Below are positions 12,489 through 19,606 of a stretch of DNA of 37,918 nt, piece after piece. The position numbers and the translations under genes are program-made. The DNA comes from a virus. The notes beneath the pieces are model-generated. The model saw only the letters and a list, made by a program, of their open reading frames with translations, was not told the DNA's origin and did not search any database. The stretch is taken from the IMG/VR virus record IMGVR_UViG_3300008120_000397; one strand, 5' to 3'. The first letter of the stretch is position 1. Every line of letters starts with the position of its first letter.

Positions 12489-13267
12489 CCAAGGAAGAAA
12501 TCGCCGCCGTATTGGCGGAGCATAAGCTATGGCTTGAAAGCAAAGGCGGAAAGCGCGCCAACCTTGCCGACGCCAACCTTGCCGACGCCAACCTTGTCGG
12601 CGCCAACCTTAGCGGCGCCAACCTTGTCGGCGCCAACCTTGGCGGCGCCGACCTTGGCGGCGCCAACCTTGCCGACGCCGTCCTTGCCGACGCCAACCTT
12701 GTCGGCGCCAACCTTGCCGACGCCAACCTTGGCGGCGCCTACCTTGTCGGCGCCAACCTTGCCGACGCCGTCCTTGGCGGCGCCGACCTTGGCGGCGCCA
12801 ACCTTGCCGACGCCGTCCTTGTCGGCGCCAACCTTGGCGGCGCCAACCTTGGCGGCGCCAACCTCGGCGACGCCAACCTTGGCGGCGCCGACCTTGGCGA
12901 CGCCAACCTTGGCGGCGCCTACCTTGTCGGCGCCGACCTTGTCGGCGCCGACCTTGGCGGCGCCAACCTTGCCGACGCCGTCCTTGTCGGCGCCAACCTT
13001 GGCGGCGCCTACCTTGTCGGCGCCAAGATCAACGACAAGACCGCCATCGGCATTCTGCGCCGCGCCACGCGGTCAGATAGTTATGAGTTTTTCCTGTGGC
13101 ATTGCAAGGAAGGCTATTTCATCAAAGCTGGTTGCCGCTTTCTGGATATGGAAGCCGCGCGCCAGCATTGGACAAACACGCGGCAAGGCACCGCGCTTGG
13201 CGATGAAAGCCTGGACATTCTGGATTTCTTTGACGCCGCAATTAAGCGTCAAGGCGGTGCAGCATGA
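12485..13267 (+). CDS. Pentapeptide-repeat protein (31 consecutive A(N/D/V/Y)L(x)(G/D) units) with a unique C-terminal domain
   Basis: 260 aa. The tract 12557-13021 is an uninterrupted 15-nt periodic repeat (gccaaccttgNcgRc). It is followed by about 80 aa of non-repetitive sequence ([36 protein letters not shown]...). Confidence 0.85.
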   Translation: MTKEEIAAVLAEHKLWLESKGGKRANLADANLADANLVGANLSGANLVGANLGGADLGGANLADAVLADANLVGANLADANLGGAYLVGANLADAVLGGADLGGANLADAVLVGANLGGANLGGANLGDANLGGADLGDANLGGAYLVGADLVGADLGGANLADAVLVGANLGGAYLVGAKINDKTAIGILRRATRSDSYEFFLWHCKEGYFIKAGCRFLDMEAARQHWTNTRQGTALGDESLDILDFFDAAIKRQGGAA

Positions 13268-14091
13268 CCGCCGCTAACCAAATCGCCGCCGAGCTGCGGG
13301 CCGGCATTTACCTTGATCTGCCCGACGCCGATTACCGCGCGACCAAGGCGGTATCGTGCAGCGTCCTAAAGCGGTTTGCAGAGGCTCCAGCAAAGGCGCT
13401 GGTGCCGTCCAAAGACAGCGCAGCTATGAATGCCGGGCGGCTAATCCATAGCGCCTTGTTGGAACCTCACAAGTTTGACGCGCGCTATGCCCGCACCATG
13501 CTTGAGCGGCGCGGCACGAAGGACTGGAAAGAGGAAGAGGCAGCGTCTGGAAAGACGCTGCTAAAGGTGGCCGAGTTTGACGAACTGGCGACCATCCGAG
13601 ACGCGGTAATGGCGCACCCTACGGCGCGCGAATTGCTGGCGCCTGGGCTGGAGCCGGAAGCGTCTGTATTCTGGCAAAACGATGCGACTGGCCTGCTTTG
13701 CCGGGGGCGTGTGGATGGCCTGCGCCGTGATCAGCGCATTATTGTGGACCTAAAAACCACTGTTGATGCCAGCCCGCCCGAGTTTGCCAAAAGCGCCGGC
13801 AATTACCGCCACCATTGGCAGGAAGCATTTTACCGGCATGGCGTGAAGGCCGCGCCTGGGGGCTTTGAAGCTGACCGCTTCATATTTATTGCGCTGGAGC
13901 GCGAGCCGCCATTCTTGATCGGTATCTATGAATTGTCGCCTTCTGCCGTAGCGCAGGGCGAGCGCGAAGTCATGCGCGCGTTGCACGAATACGCCGAGTG
14001 CGAGCGCACAGGCATATGGCCCGGCTATGCGCCGGAAATCGTCATGGTTGATTTGCCCATGTGGGCTATGGAGGAGGAGTTTGTCCAATGA
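13264..14091 (+). CDS. PD-(D/E)XK exonuclease (exonuclease VIII / DUF3799-like)
   Basis: GRVDGL...RIIVDLKTT forms the D...(D/E)xK core, and QEAFY is the QxxxY motif typical of RecB-family phage exonucleases. Confidence 0.7.
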   Translation: MTAANQIAAELRAGIYLDLPDADYRATKAVSCSVLKRFAEAPAKALVPSKDSAAMNAGRLIHSALLEPHKFDARYARTMLERRGTKDWKEEEAASGKTLLKVAEFDELATIRDAVMAHPTARELLAPGLEPEASVFWQNDATGLLCRGRVDGLRRDQRIIVDLKTTVDASPPEFAKSAGNYRHHWQEAFYRHGVKAAPGGFEADRFIFIALEREPPFLIGIYELSPSAVAQGEREVMRALHEYAECERTGIWPGYAPEIVMVDLPMWAMEEEFVQ

Positions 14092-14666
14092 TTGACTTGC
14101 GCGGCACGATCAAGCCAAAATCTGATCAGCTAAACGCCGATGATCTTATTGGCGGGCCGGTCACAATCCGCATTACCGGCGTGGCTGTTGGCGAGGGTGA
14201 ACAACCGGTTTCCATTTCCTTTGACGGGGACGGCGGCAAGCCGTTCAAGCCGGGGAAATCCATGCGGCGCGTTTTGGTGAACCTGTGGGGACCGGACGGC
14301 GCCGCTTATATCGGGCGGTCTCTGACGATTTATCGGGATGAGCAAGTGGTTTTTGGCGGCGTGGAGGTTGGCGGTATCCGCATCTCTCACATGAGCCACC
14401 TTCAGCGCGAAACTACAATGGCACTGACCGCCACCAAGGCCAAGCGCAAGCCGTTCACCGTGCGGCCTTTGGTTGTGGAAAAGCCCGCCGATAAGGCTGC
14501 GATTGCGGTTGATGCGTTGCTGGCGCGCATTGCCGCCGGCGAGGATGTGACCGGCGATGCCAAAGTTGCCGAGCAGCGCGCCTGGCTGGCGAAAAACCGC
14601 CCTGAATTGGCCGAAAAGATCAATGCAGCCCTTTCCGAACCCGCCGCCGAGGAGATCGCACAATGA
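14088..14666 (+). CDS. Hypothetical protein (192 aa); possible partner of the exonuclease
   Basis: ATGA overlaps are present at both ends. The N-terminal half looks beta-rich and the C-terminus is Ala/Lys-rich and helical. The suggested function rests on position only. Confidence 0.55.
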   Translation: MIDLRGTIKPKSDQLNADDLIGGPVTIRITGVAVGEGEQPVSISFDGDGGKPFKPGKSMRRVLVNLWGPDGAAYIGRSLTIYRDEQVVFGGVEVGGIRISHMSHLQRETTMALTATKAKRKPFTVRPLVVEKPADKAAIAVDALLARIAAGEDVTGDAKVAEQRAWLAKNRPELAEKINAALSEPAAEEIAQ

Positions 14667-15472
14667 GCGAAGGAGCCAAAACCATGAAAATATCAATCAT
14701 GCAAATCACGCCAGATCTTGCGGCGGAATTTCTTAAGCGCAACACTAGCAATCGCGCAATTAAGAAATCAAAGATAAAAAAATATGCCGATGATCTGCGG
14801 CGCGGCAATTGGAAGCTCACGCACCAAGGCGTTGCCATATCGCCAAGCGGTCGGCTTTTGGATGGTCAACATCGCCTTTCGGCAATTGTTCAATCTGGAA
14901 TTGCGGCGCAAATGGTCGTTGCGCTTGATGTGAATGAAGACGCTTATGAGGTCATGGATCGTGGCGTGGCGCGCAGCGTTTCAGAAGCGACGGGGATACC
15001 AAAAAAAGTTATAGAGCCGTGCGGTTATATTTGGCGCTTGCACGAAACTGGCAGCGTAGAAGGGCACGATATTAAAAAGATTTTGAATGTTTTTAATGAT
15101 CAAATAAGTGATCTTCACGCGGCGGCGGGGAATACACCAAAAGCAAGATCGTCTGCCGGGATTAAGGCCGCAGTAATTTTGCGTCTAAAGCAAAATCCAG
15201 ATCGCCATTATGCAGACATTCTTGATCAGTGGCGCGCGTTTATAGTGTCAGATTTTGACGCAATGTGGCCGTCAGTAAAAGCTTTTTACCGGCAAATTAT
15301 TGATGAACCGCAAAGAGGAAACGGCGGGCAAAATCAAAAAGACAGGGCTGTAAGGGCTTGGATTGCTTTTGATCCACACCGAAAAAATATCAGCAAGATC
15401 ATTGTTCGAGATTATGAAACGTCAATTCAAGAAATGCGCGATGTTTGGCAGCCATCATGGGTGCAACAATGA
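14663..15472 (+). CDS. ParB/Srx-superfamily protein with DGQHR motif
   Basis: The motif is GRLLDGQHRLSAIVQSG, preceded by NRAIKKSKIKKYADDLRRGNW. The gene is visibly AT-richer than its neighbours. Confidence 0.7.
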   Translation: MSEGAKTMKISIMQITPDLAAEFLKRNTSNRAIKKSKIKKYADDLRRGNWKLTHQGVAISPSGRLLDGQHRLSAIVQSGIAAQMVVALDVNEDAYEVMDRGVARSVSEATGIPKKVIEPCGYIWRLHETGSVEGHDIKKILNVFNDQISDLHAAAGNTPKARSSAGIKAAVILRLKQNPDRHYADILDQWRAFIVSDFDAMWPSVKAFYRQIIDEPQRGNGGQNQKDRAVRAWIAFDPHRKNISKIIVRDYETSIQEMRDVWQPSWVQQ

Positions 15473-15597
15473 CCGGCGGCATTTACCCCGGCGCATTGCC
15501 GGAGGGCGACCCGATCCCGACATGGGCGCTTTGCGTCCTGTCAGGCGCATGGGCCAGCGCTTGGACCGTGCTGGCGTGCGTATGGGTGCTGACATGA
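15469..15597 (+). CDS. 42-aa micro-ORF with a C-terminal TM
   Basis: MTGGIYPGALPEGDPIPTWALCVLSGAWASAWTVLACVWVLT. ATGA overlaps are present at both ends. Confidence 0.45.
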   Translation: MTGGIYPGALPEGDPIPTWALCVLSGAWASAWTVLACVWVLT

Positions 15598-15932
15598 CTG
15601 AGGAAGAACGCATCGCACACTGCGCACAGCTTCAATGGGCAGCGCAACAAAGTCACAAGCCCGCTTATGCAGAACTTGGTAGCATCCGTGCCCATACTGA
15701 AGGCGCGAAAGAGCCATGGGGTGAATTGCGCTTGACTTGGGTTGCCGGTCGCCTTTCCGGGTTTGAATCTTGGATCAAAGGGGAAGCGTTTTGGCGCGGG
15801 CTGGATATACGAATTGATGAGGATAGGGGATGGTTTCAGCATCAATATCGTATCAAGATGGATGGCCCTCAAAGCAAAATCACTGAAATGGAAAAGTTTC
15901 TTCAGGCGGTGTTAGATGGTGAGCGGAAATGA
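15594..15932 (+). CDS. Hypothetical protein (112 aa)
   Basis: The in-frame ATG at 15594 is coupled to the micro-ORF, and the stop overlaps the next start. Confidence 0.55.
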   Translation: MTEEERIAHCAQLQWAAQQSHKPAYAELGSIRAHTEGAKEPWGELRLTWVAGRLSGFESWIKGEAFWRGLDIRIDEDRGWFQHQYRIKMDGPQSKITEMEKFLQAVLDGERK

Positions 15933-16270
15933 GCCCAATGCTAGAGCGTCATAAGCTGGAAATCGTCAATAATCATGGCGACAGATACATTCGAGGTGAA
16001 CCCGCGCCAGATGGGTCATGGGTAATGTTCAGAGACGTTGCTGCGCTGCAAAAGCGTTGTGAAGAAGCGGAAAGAACCGCCATCCAAGCGGCAGAATGCC
16101 ATGCGCGCGAAACACGCAGGGCCGATGCGCTGCAAGCGCGTGTGGCGGAGTTGGAGGGCGTGTTGGAAAGCATCAAAGAGTATTGGAACGGCGCTGACGA
16201 AAGCGCGATGGATGCCGCCGAAGAATGCCGACACCGTGCTGCTATTGTGTTGGAAGGGAAGAAAGAATGA
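15929..16270 (+). CDS. Hypothetical coiled-coil protein (113 aa)
   Basis: It is ATGA-coupled at both ends and has a heptad-like charged region. Confidence 0.55.
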   Translation: MSPMLERHKLEIVNNHGDRYIRGEPAPDGSWVMFRDVAALQKRCEEAERTAIQAAECHARETRRADALQARVAELEGVLESIKEYWNGADESAMDAAEECRHRAAIVLEGKKE

Positions 16271-16797
16271 CCGTCACCACAGAAGAAGCGGAACGGCTGG
16301 CAACAGAATACGGAGGTTTTTGGGGATTGCGGGATGTCGCCGCCGCCCTCCGCGCCCTCGCCGCCGAGCGTGATGCGCTGCAAAAGCGCGTGGCAAAATT
16401 GGAGGAAGAGCTAGACGCCGCAGGCCGCATTTTGCACATTAGCAGATTCCTTGTTTGCCGCGATGCAAACGACAAAGGGCTCACTGGTTCACCGCATATT
16501 GGAAATAAGGAAGCCGCGACAGATTTGGTGAGTCCGACCATAACGATCAAGGTTGTTGTGGCGAATGGTAAAGCAATGGCTGATGGCATTGTTAATTCGC
16601 ACCCATCAAGCGATGATATTCGCGCGGCAATTCATGTTTTAGAGGCCACCCAGGCTTATCTAAAACCGAAGGCGGGACGCCAGCGACCATTGGCGCATTT
16701 AGACGCGAACGACACGCGGACGTTCATCATCAACGAAGGCGGTGATCTGGTCGGGTTGCAGGACAAGAGCGAGCGACCTGCTGGGGAGGGGAAGTGA
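16267..16797 (+). CDS. Hypothetical protein (176 aa)
   Basis: The ATG at 16267 is coupled to the upstream stop. It has an N-terminal coiled-coil region similar in flavour to the preceding gene. Confidence 0.55.
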   Translation: MTVTTEEAERLATEYGGFWGLRDVAAALRALAAERDALQKRVAKLEEELDAAGRILHISRFLVCRDANDKGLTGSPHIGNKEAATDLVSPTITIKVVVANGKAMADGIVNSHPSSDDIRAAIHVLEATQAYLKPKAGRQRPLAHLDANDTRTFIINEGGDLVGLQDKSERPAGEGK

Positions 16798-16982
16798 TGG
16801 CGAAATACGATGTCTCCTTATGTCTTCCGAGCCTGCGCGAATGGTATCAGCAAGTGATTAAAGACCCTTCGCTTTTGAGAGACTATGATCGCAAAGAGGG
16901 TTGGTTTTTACGCAATGCGACTTGGAACGACATGACTCGGAAAAAGCGCACCGCCGCCGCAGCGAAGAAGGGGAAGCCATGA
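16794..16982 (+). CDS. Hypothetical protein (62 aa), basic C-terminus
   Basis: A coupled ORF with no recognised motif. Confidence 0.45.
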   Translation: MMAKYDVSLCLPSLREWYQQVIKDPSLLRDYDRKEGWFLRNATWNDMTRKKRTAAAAKKGKP

Positions 16983-17191
16983 CGGAATTCAAAAAAGACC
17001 AAGCCGCGCGCCATGCGCTGCTGTCACATTATTGCGCGACAGGCGATACTGTTGCGCAAAACAGGATGATACAGTCTATCGAACTGCACTCCAAAGAGCA
17101 ACAGGAAAGCATTGGTTTGCTTGTGAAAATCGCGGCCCTGGGCGCTGTCAATTTAGTGATCATACAAGCACTTTTATGGGTGTTTTCATGA
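16979..17191 (+). CDS. Hypothetical protein (70 aa) with a C-terminal TM
   Basis: The ATG at 16979 is coupled. The hydrophobic tail is LLVKIAALGAVNLVIIQALLWVF. Confidence 0.5.
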   Translation: MTEFKKDQAARHALLSHYCATGDTVAQNRMIQSIELHSKEQQESIGLLVKIAALGAVNLVIIQALLWVFS

Positions 17192-17307
17192 CCGAGCGCC
17201 CTATTCCTTTTCGCGATTGGGAAGTCCGCGCCATCCTTAATGGCCGCCACGCCGCCCCGCGCTTTCATAGCCGCTTGCCTCAAGGCAAGGATGGAGGCTC
17301 AAGGTGA
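17188..17307 (+). pseudogene. Truncated 39-codon remnant of an ASCH-like phage gene (N-terminus only)
   Basis: MTERPIPFRDWEVRAILNGRHAAPRF resembles the conserved N-terminus (PIxFxxxMVRAILxGRKTxTRR) of much longer phage proteins. The reading frame ends after 39 codons at the end of the operon. Confidence 0.35.
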
Positions 17308-17400
17308 GTGACCATTTTGCCGACATCAGCAAAATGGTTACGGATACCGCCTAGGGCTTGCTCTTATGGCCGGATTAGAGTAAAAATGCCTTCGACATGA

Positions 17401-17446
17401 CCGGCCCCTCTGCATTTCGGTGTACGGGTCGGCCTTCTTTTTTTAC
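17401..17446 (+). terminator. Putative intrinsic terminator of the plus-strand operon (convergent with the late operon)
   Basis: The stem ccggccc / gggtcgg has 7 bp including one G-U pair, with an 18-nt loop. It is followed by ccttcttttttt. Confidence 0.45.
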
Positions 17447-17449
17447 GCC

Positions 17450-17905
17450 TTACGGATACCGCGCCCGGAATAGTTCAAAGTGCGGCCCATCCAGAAACGG
17501 CTTGCGGCCCTGTTCACGCATCCGCGCCACATACGCCGCCTGCCCAGCCTTGGCGGTGGCGTAATCCCCCATAAGCTGCCCCCACGCGCCGCCCCAGACA
17601 ACCGGGACGCCCTCGGCAATGGAAGCCGCGCGAAAGGCGTCAGCAAGCGGGAAAAACAGGCTCCATGCCCATGACACATTGCCGGCGCTATCCAGCGGCA
17701 CCACGTCCACCGCGTGGCCGGTGATGTGCCGGCTATCCAGGGTTTGCGACTTGCCTTCCCCCACAAGCTGGCGCTGGCGCTCAGGTGTCCGCAAGCCTTC
17801 CGTCACCCGAAACACCGCGCCGCCCGCCGCCGCGTTCCGCACCACGCGCACCAAATCCTCATGCACCCCGGCCAGGCGCAATTCGCAGCGGGAGGACAGG
17901 CTCAT
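17450..17905 (-). CDS. Endolysin, peptidase M15 (L-Ala-D-Glu / D-Ala-D-Ala peptidase family)
   Basis: The zinc-ligand pattern is SRHITGHAVDV ... DGPHFEL. It is the last gene of the late operon, immediately after the holin. Confidence 0.8.
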   Translation of the reverse strand: MSLSSRCELRLAGVHEDLVRVVRNAAAGGAVFRVTEGLRTPERQRQLVGEGKSQTLDSRHITGHAVDVVPLDSAGNVSWAWSLFFPLADAFRAASIAEGVPVVWGGAWGQLMGDYATAKAGQAAYVARMREQGRKPFLDGPHFELFRARYP

Positions 17906-18309
17906 TGCCGGGCGACCCCGCGCATCTTTTCAAAGGTCCGCAAGCCGCCCAAGCCAAGCATGGCCAGCACCAACTCGAATAGGTTATCGGTCCCGATGGC
18001 CGGCAGGGTTTCTTTCACGCCAAGCGCCGCCATGGCCCAGGTGGCGACCGGCGCCACAATGAACGCCCAAGCCAGCGCAGCCGCGCAAACCCATCCGATC
18101 GCCGGGCGCCATCCCGCCACGAATACGGATGAATGCCCGGCCTCGATCTTGTTGACCTCGACCTGGGCGAGCGCGGCTTCATTCGCGGCTCTGACCAGCG
18201 CGGCTTCCATATCGGCCTTGGCGCGCTCTGCCGCCGCCTTGTCAGGGATCAGCCGGTCAACCAAGGTTCCAAGCGCCGGGACAAGCGCCGTGATGATTGC
18301 GGGGATCAT
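17902..18309 (-). CDS. Holin, 3-TM GTA-type
   Basis: 135 aa. After the N-terminal TM there is a charged coil, then NKIEAGHSSVFVAGWRPAIGWVCAAALAWAFIV and a third TM. It is ATGA-coupled to the endolysin. Confidence 0.65.
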   Translation of the reverse strand: MIPAIITALVPALGTLVDRLIPDKAAAERAKADMEAALVRAANEAALAQVEVNKIEAGHSSVFVAGWRPAIGWVCAAALAWAFIVAPVATWAMAALGVKETLPAIGTDNLFELVLAMLGLGGLRTFEKMRGVARQ

Positions 18310-19022
18310 GGGGCGGGTTCTCCTGCTTGCGCTTGCGATGCCGCGCCACCGGTTAGCATTCCTGCCAGGCCATAGCGGCGCAGAATGTCAATTAGGCTAT
18401 CGTCGAAAACGGCGTATGTTGTAGATGGATTACCATACTCAAAATTTTGCACGCCCTGAATTATGGCCCCCGCACGCCCCTCCTCGCGAGCTTTTTGAAG
18501 CACTCTCGCCATTGTGTCTGGGTCATATATTGGGTCATCGGAAAATTCACGCCAACGATACGAACCCATTTGAGACGGGTTAATTTTTACCTCGTAGGGA
18601 ATGCCAAATCGCTCTGCGTCATCGAAGTTATTTGTTGCAAAAATCGCTTTTTCTCTTGGGTTAGTGGCGGCAGAAAGTGAAAGTTTGTTTAGGTTAGGCG
18701 CCCCGCCGTGATAGGCCCTAATCCCATCTCGCGCGCTGCCACCGGAACCCGCCACCCATCCAAGCGGCACGTCCATCCCGTAACGCTCGCCCGGCGTCGG
18801 TTCCACCTGCCCGCGCAACACCGCCCCCATACGTGCCCCCATGTCGCCCATGCTTGTCGGCATTGGCGCAAAGCCGCGCCCTTCCGCCGATTGGAAACCC
18901 GGATACTGCGGCAATCCCGGATCAGGATTGCCCATTAGGATACGCGCAAGCATGTCCTGGTTGCCGAAGGGTTGCGCGGCGGGGGCTGGCGCGGCAAGCG
19001 CGCGGGCTAGGTTTTCGCTCAT
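18306..19022 (-). CDS. Virion-module protein with a C-terminal ART-PolyVal-like (putative ADP-ribosyltransferase-like) domain
   Basis: The N-terminus is Gly/Pro/Met-rich. The C-terminal domain has IRAYHGG...AIFATNNFDDAERFG...GAIIQGVQNFEYG...YAVFD, reminiscent of the YHG...F(T/S)...E pattern of polyvalent-protein ART domains. The C-terminal half is AT-richer. Confidence 0.35.
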   Translation of the reverse strand: MSENLARALAAPAPAAQPFGNQDMLARILMGNPDPGLPQYPGFQSAEGRGFAPMPTSMGDMGARMGAVLRGQVEPTPGERYGMDVPLGWVAGSGGSARDGIRAYHGGAPNLNKLSLSAATNPREKAIFATNNFDDAERFGIPYEVKINPSQMGSYRWREFSDDPIYDPDTMARVLQKAREEGRAGAIIQGVQNFEYGNPSTTYAVFDDSLIDILRRYGLAGMLTGGAASQAQAGEPAP

Positions 19023-19026
19023 GTGT

Positions 19027-19263
19027 TCACCAATTCAGGAATTTGCGAGCTAACTCGACGACGGCGGTAATAAACAGGATCAATCCCATCATCCTGTTCA
19101 TCATCAACTGTTGCTTGCCCCATTGATCGGCCAATTCCTTGCGGATGGCTTCAAGGCTTTCATTGATGCGGTTGTAACGCTCGGCGCAAACCGCCTCATG
19201 CACGGCCTGGGCGGTTTCAACCTCGTGCAAGCGTGGTCCAAAGGATGAATCATGCGGGATCAT
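19027..19263 (-). CDS. Hypothetical protein (78 aa) with a C-terminal TM
   Basis: The ATG at 19263 forms an ATGA overlap. The hydrophobic segment is MMGLILFITAVVELA. Confidence 0.5.
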   Translation of the reverse strand: MIPHDSSFGPRLHEVETAQAVHEAVCAERYNRINESLEAIRKELADQWGKQQLMMNRMMGLILFITAVVELARKFLNW

Positions 19264-19604
19264 ATCGTAGCGGCCTCCATCCAAGCGGCGTCAATCTGCG
19301 CCTCAGTTAGCCCAAGCGCGGCGCCCAAAGCAACGACAAGCTGATGGTCGCGCTCGTAGGTGCCGGAATCGCGCCACTCTATCATCGCTGCTTCGCGCTC
19401 AATTGGCGTTCCTGGCATGGCGGCAATCTTCGCTTCCACCTGATCGCCGGTCACGCCAAGGCGCAGCAGCGCAAGGCGAAGCTGTCGGCGCGTGATTGTA
19501 GGCACATGCGGCGGCGCAGGCGGCGGCAGGGCGACGATTTCTTCCGCCGTCAAAACCACCACCGTCACTTCGCCCGTCATCACGTTCACCTCAATGCGAT
19601 TCAT
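19260..19604 (-). CDS. Hypothetical protein (114 aa), possible tail-fibre accessory protein
   Basis: It starts 2 nt after the tail-fibre stop. The call rests on position only. Confidence 0.5.
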   Translation of the reverse strand: MNRIEVNVMTGEVTVVVLTAEEIVALPPPAPPHVPTITRRQLRLALLRLGVTGDQVEAKIAAMPGTPIEREAAMIEWRDSGTYERDHQLVVALGAALGLTEAQIDAAWMEAATI

Positions 19605-19606
19605 GG

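Noticed and set aside
12557-13021. Regular short repeats here, and the 60-bp repeats at 31981-32220, were considered as possible CRISPR arrays.
   Set aside because: There are no unique spacers between the repeats. Both tracts are in frame within coding sequences, and no cas genes are present.
12259-13277. Long alternative-frame and antisense ORFs across the pentapeptide tract: 12534..13277 (+), 247 aa, PTLxAPTL repeats; and 12259..12726 (-), 155 aa, ARLAP repeats.
   Set aside because: The 15-nt periodic, stop-free repeat keeps several frames open automatically. Only the 12485 frame has a coupled start, a non-repetitive N- and C-terminus and a known fold signature.
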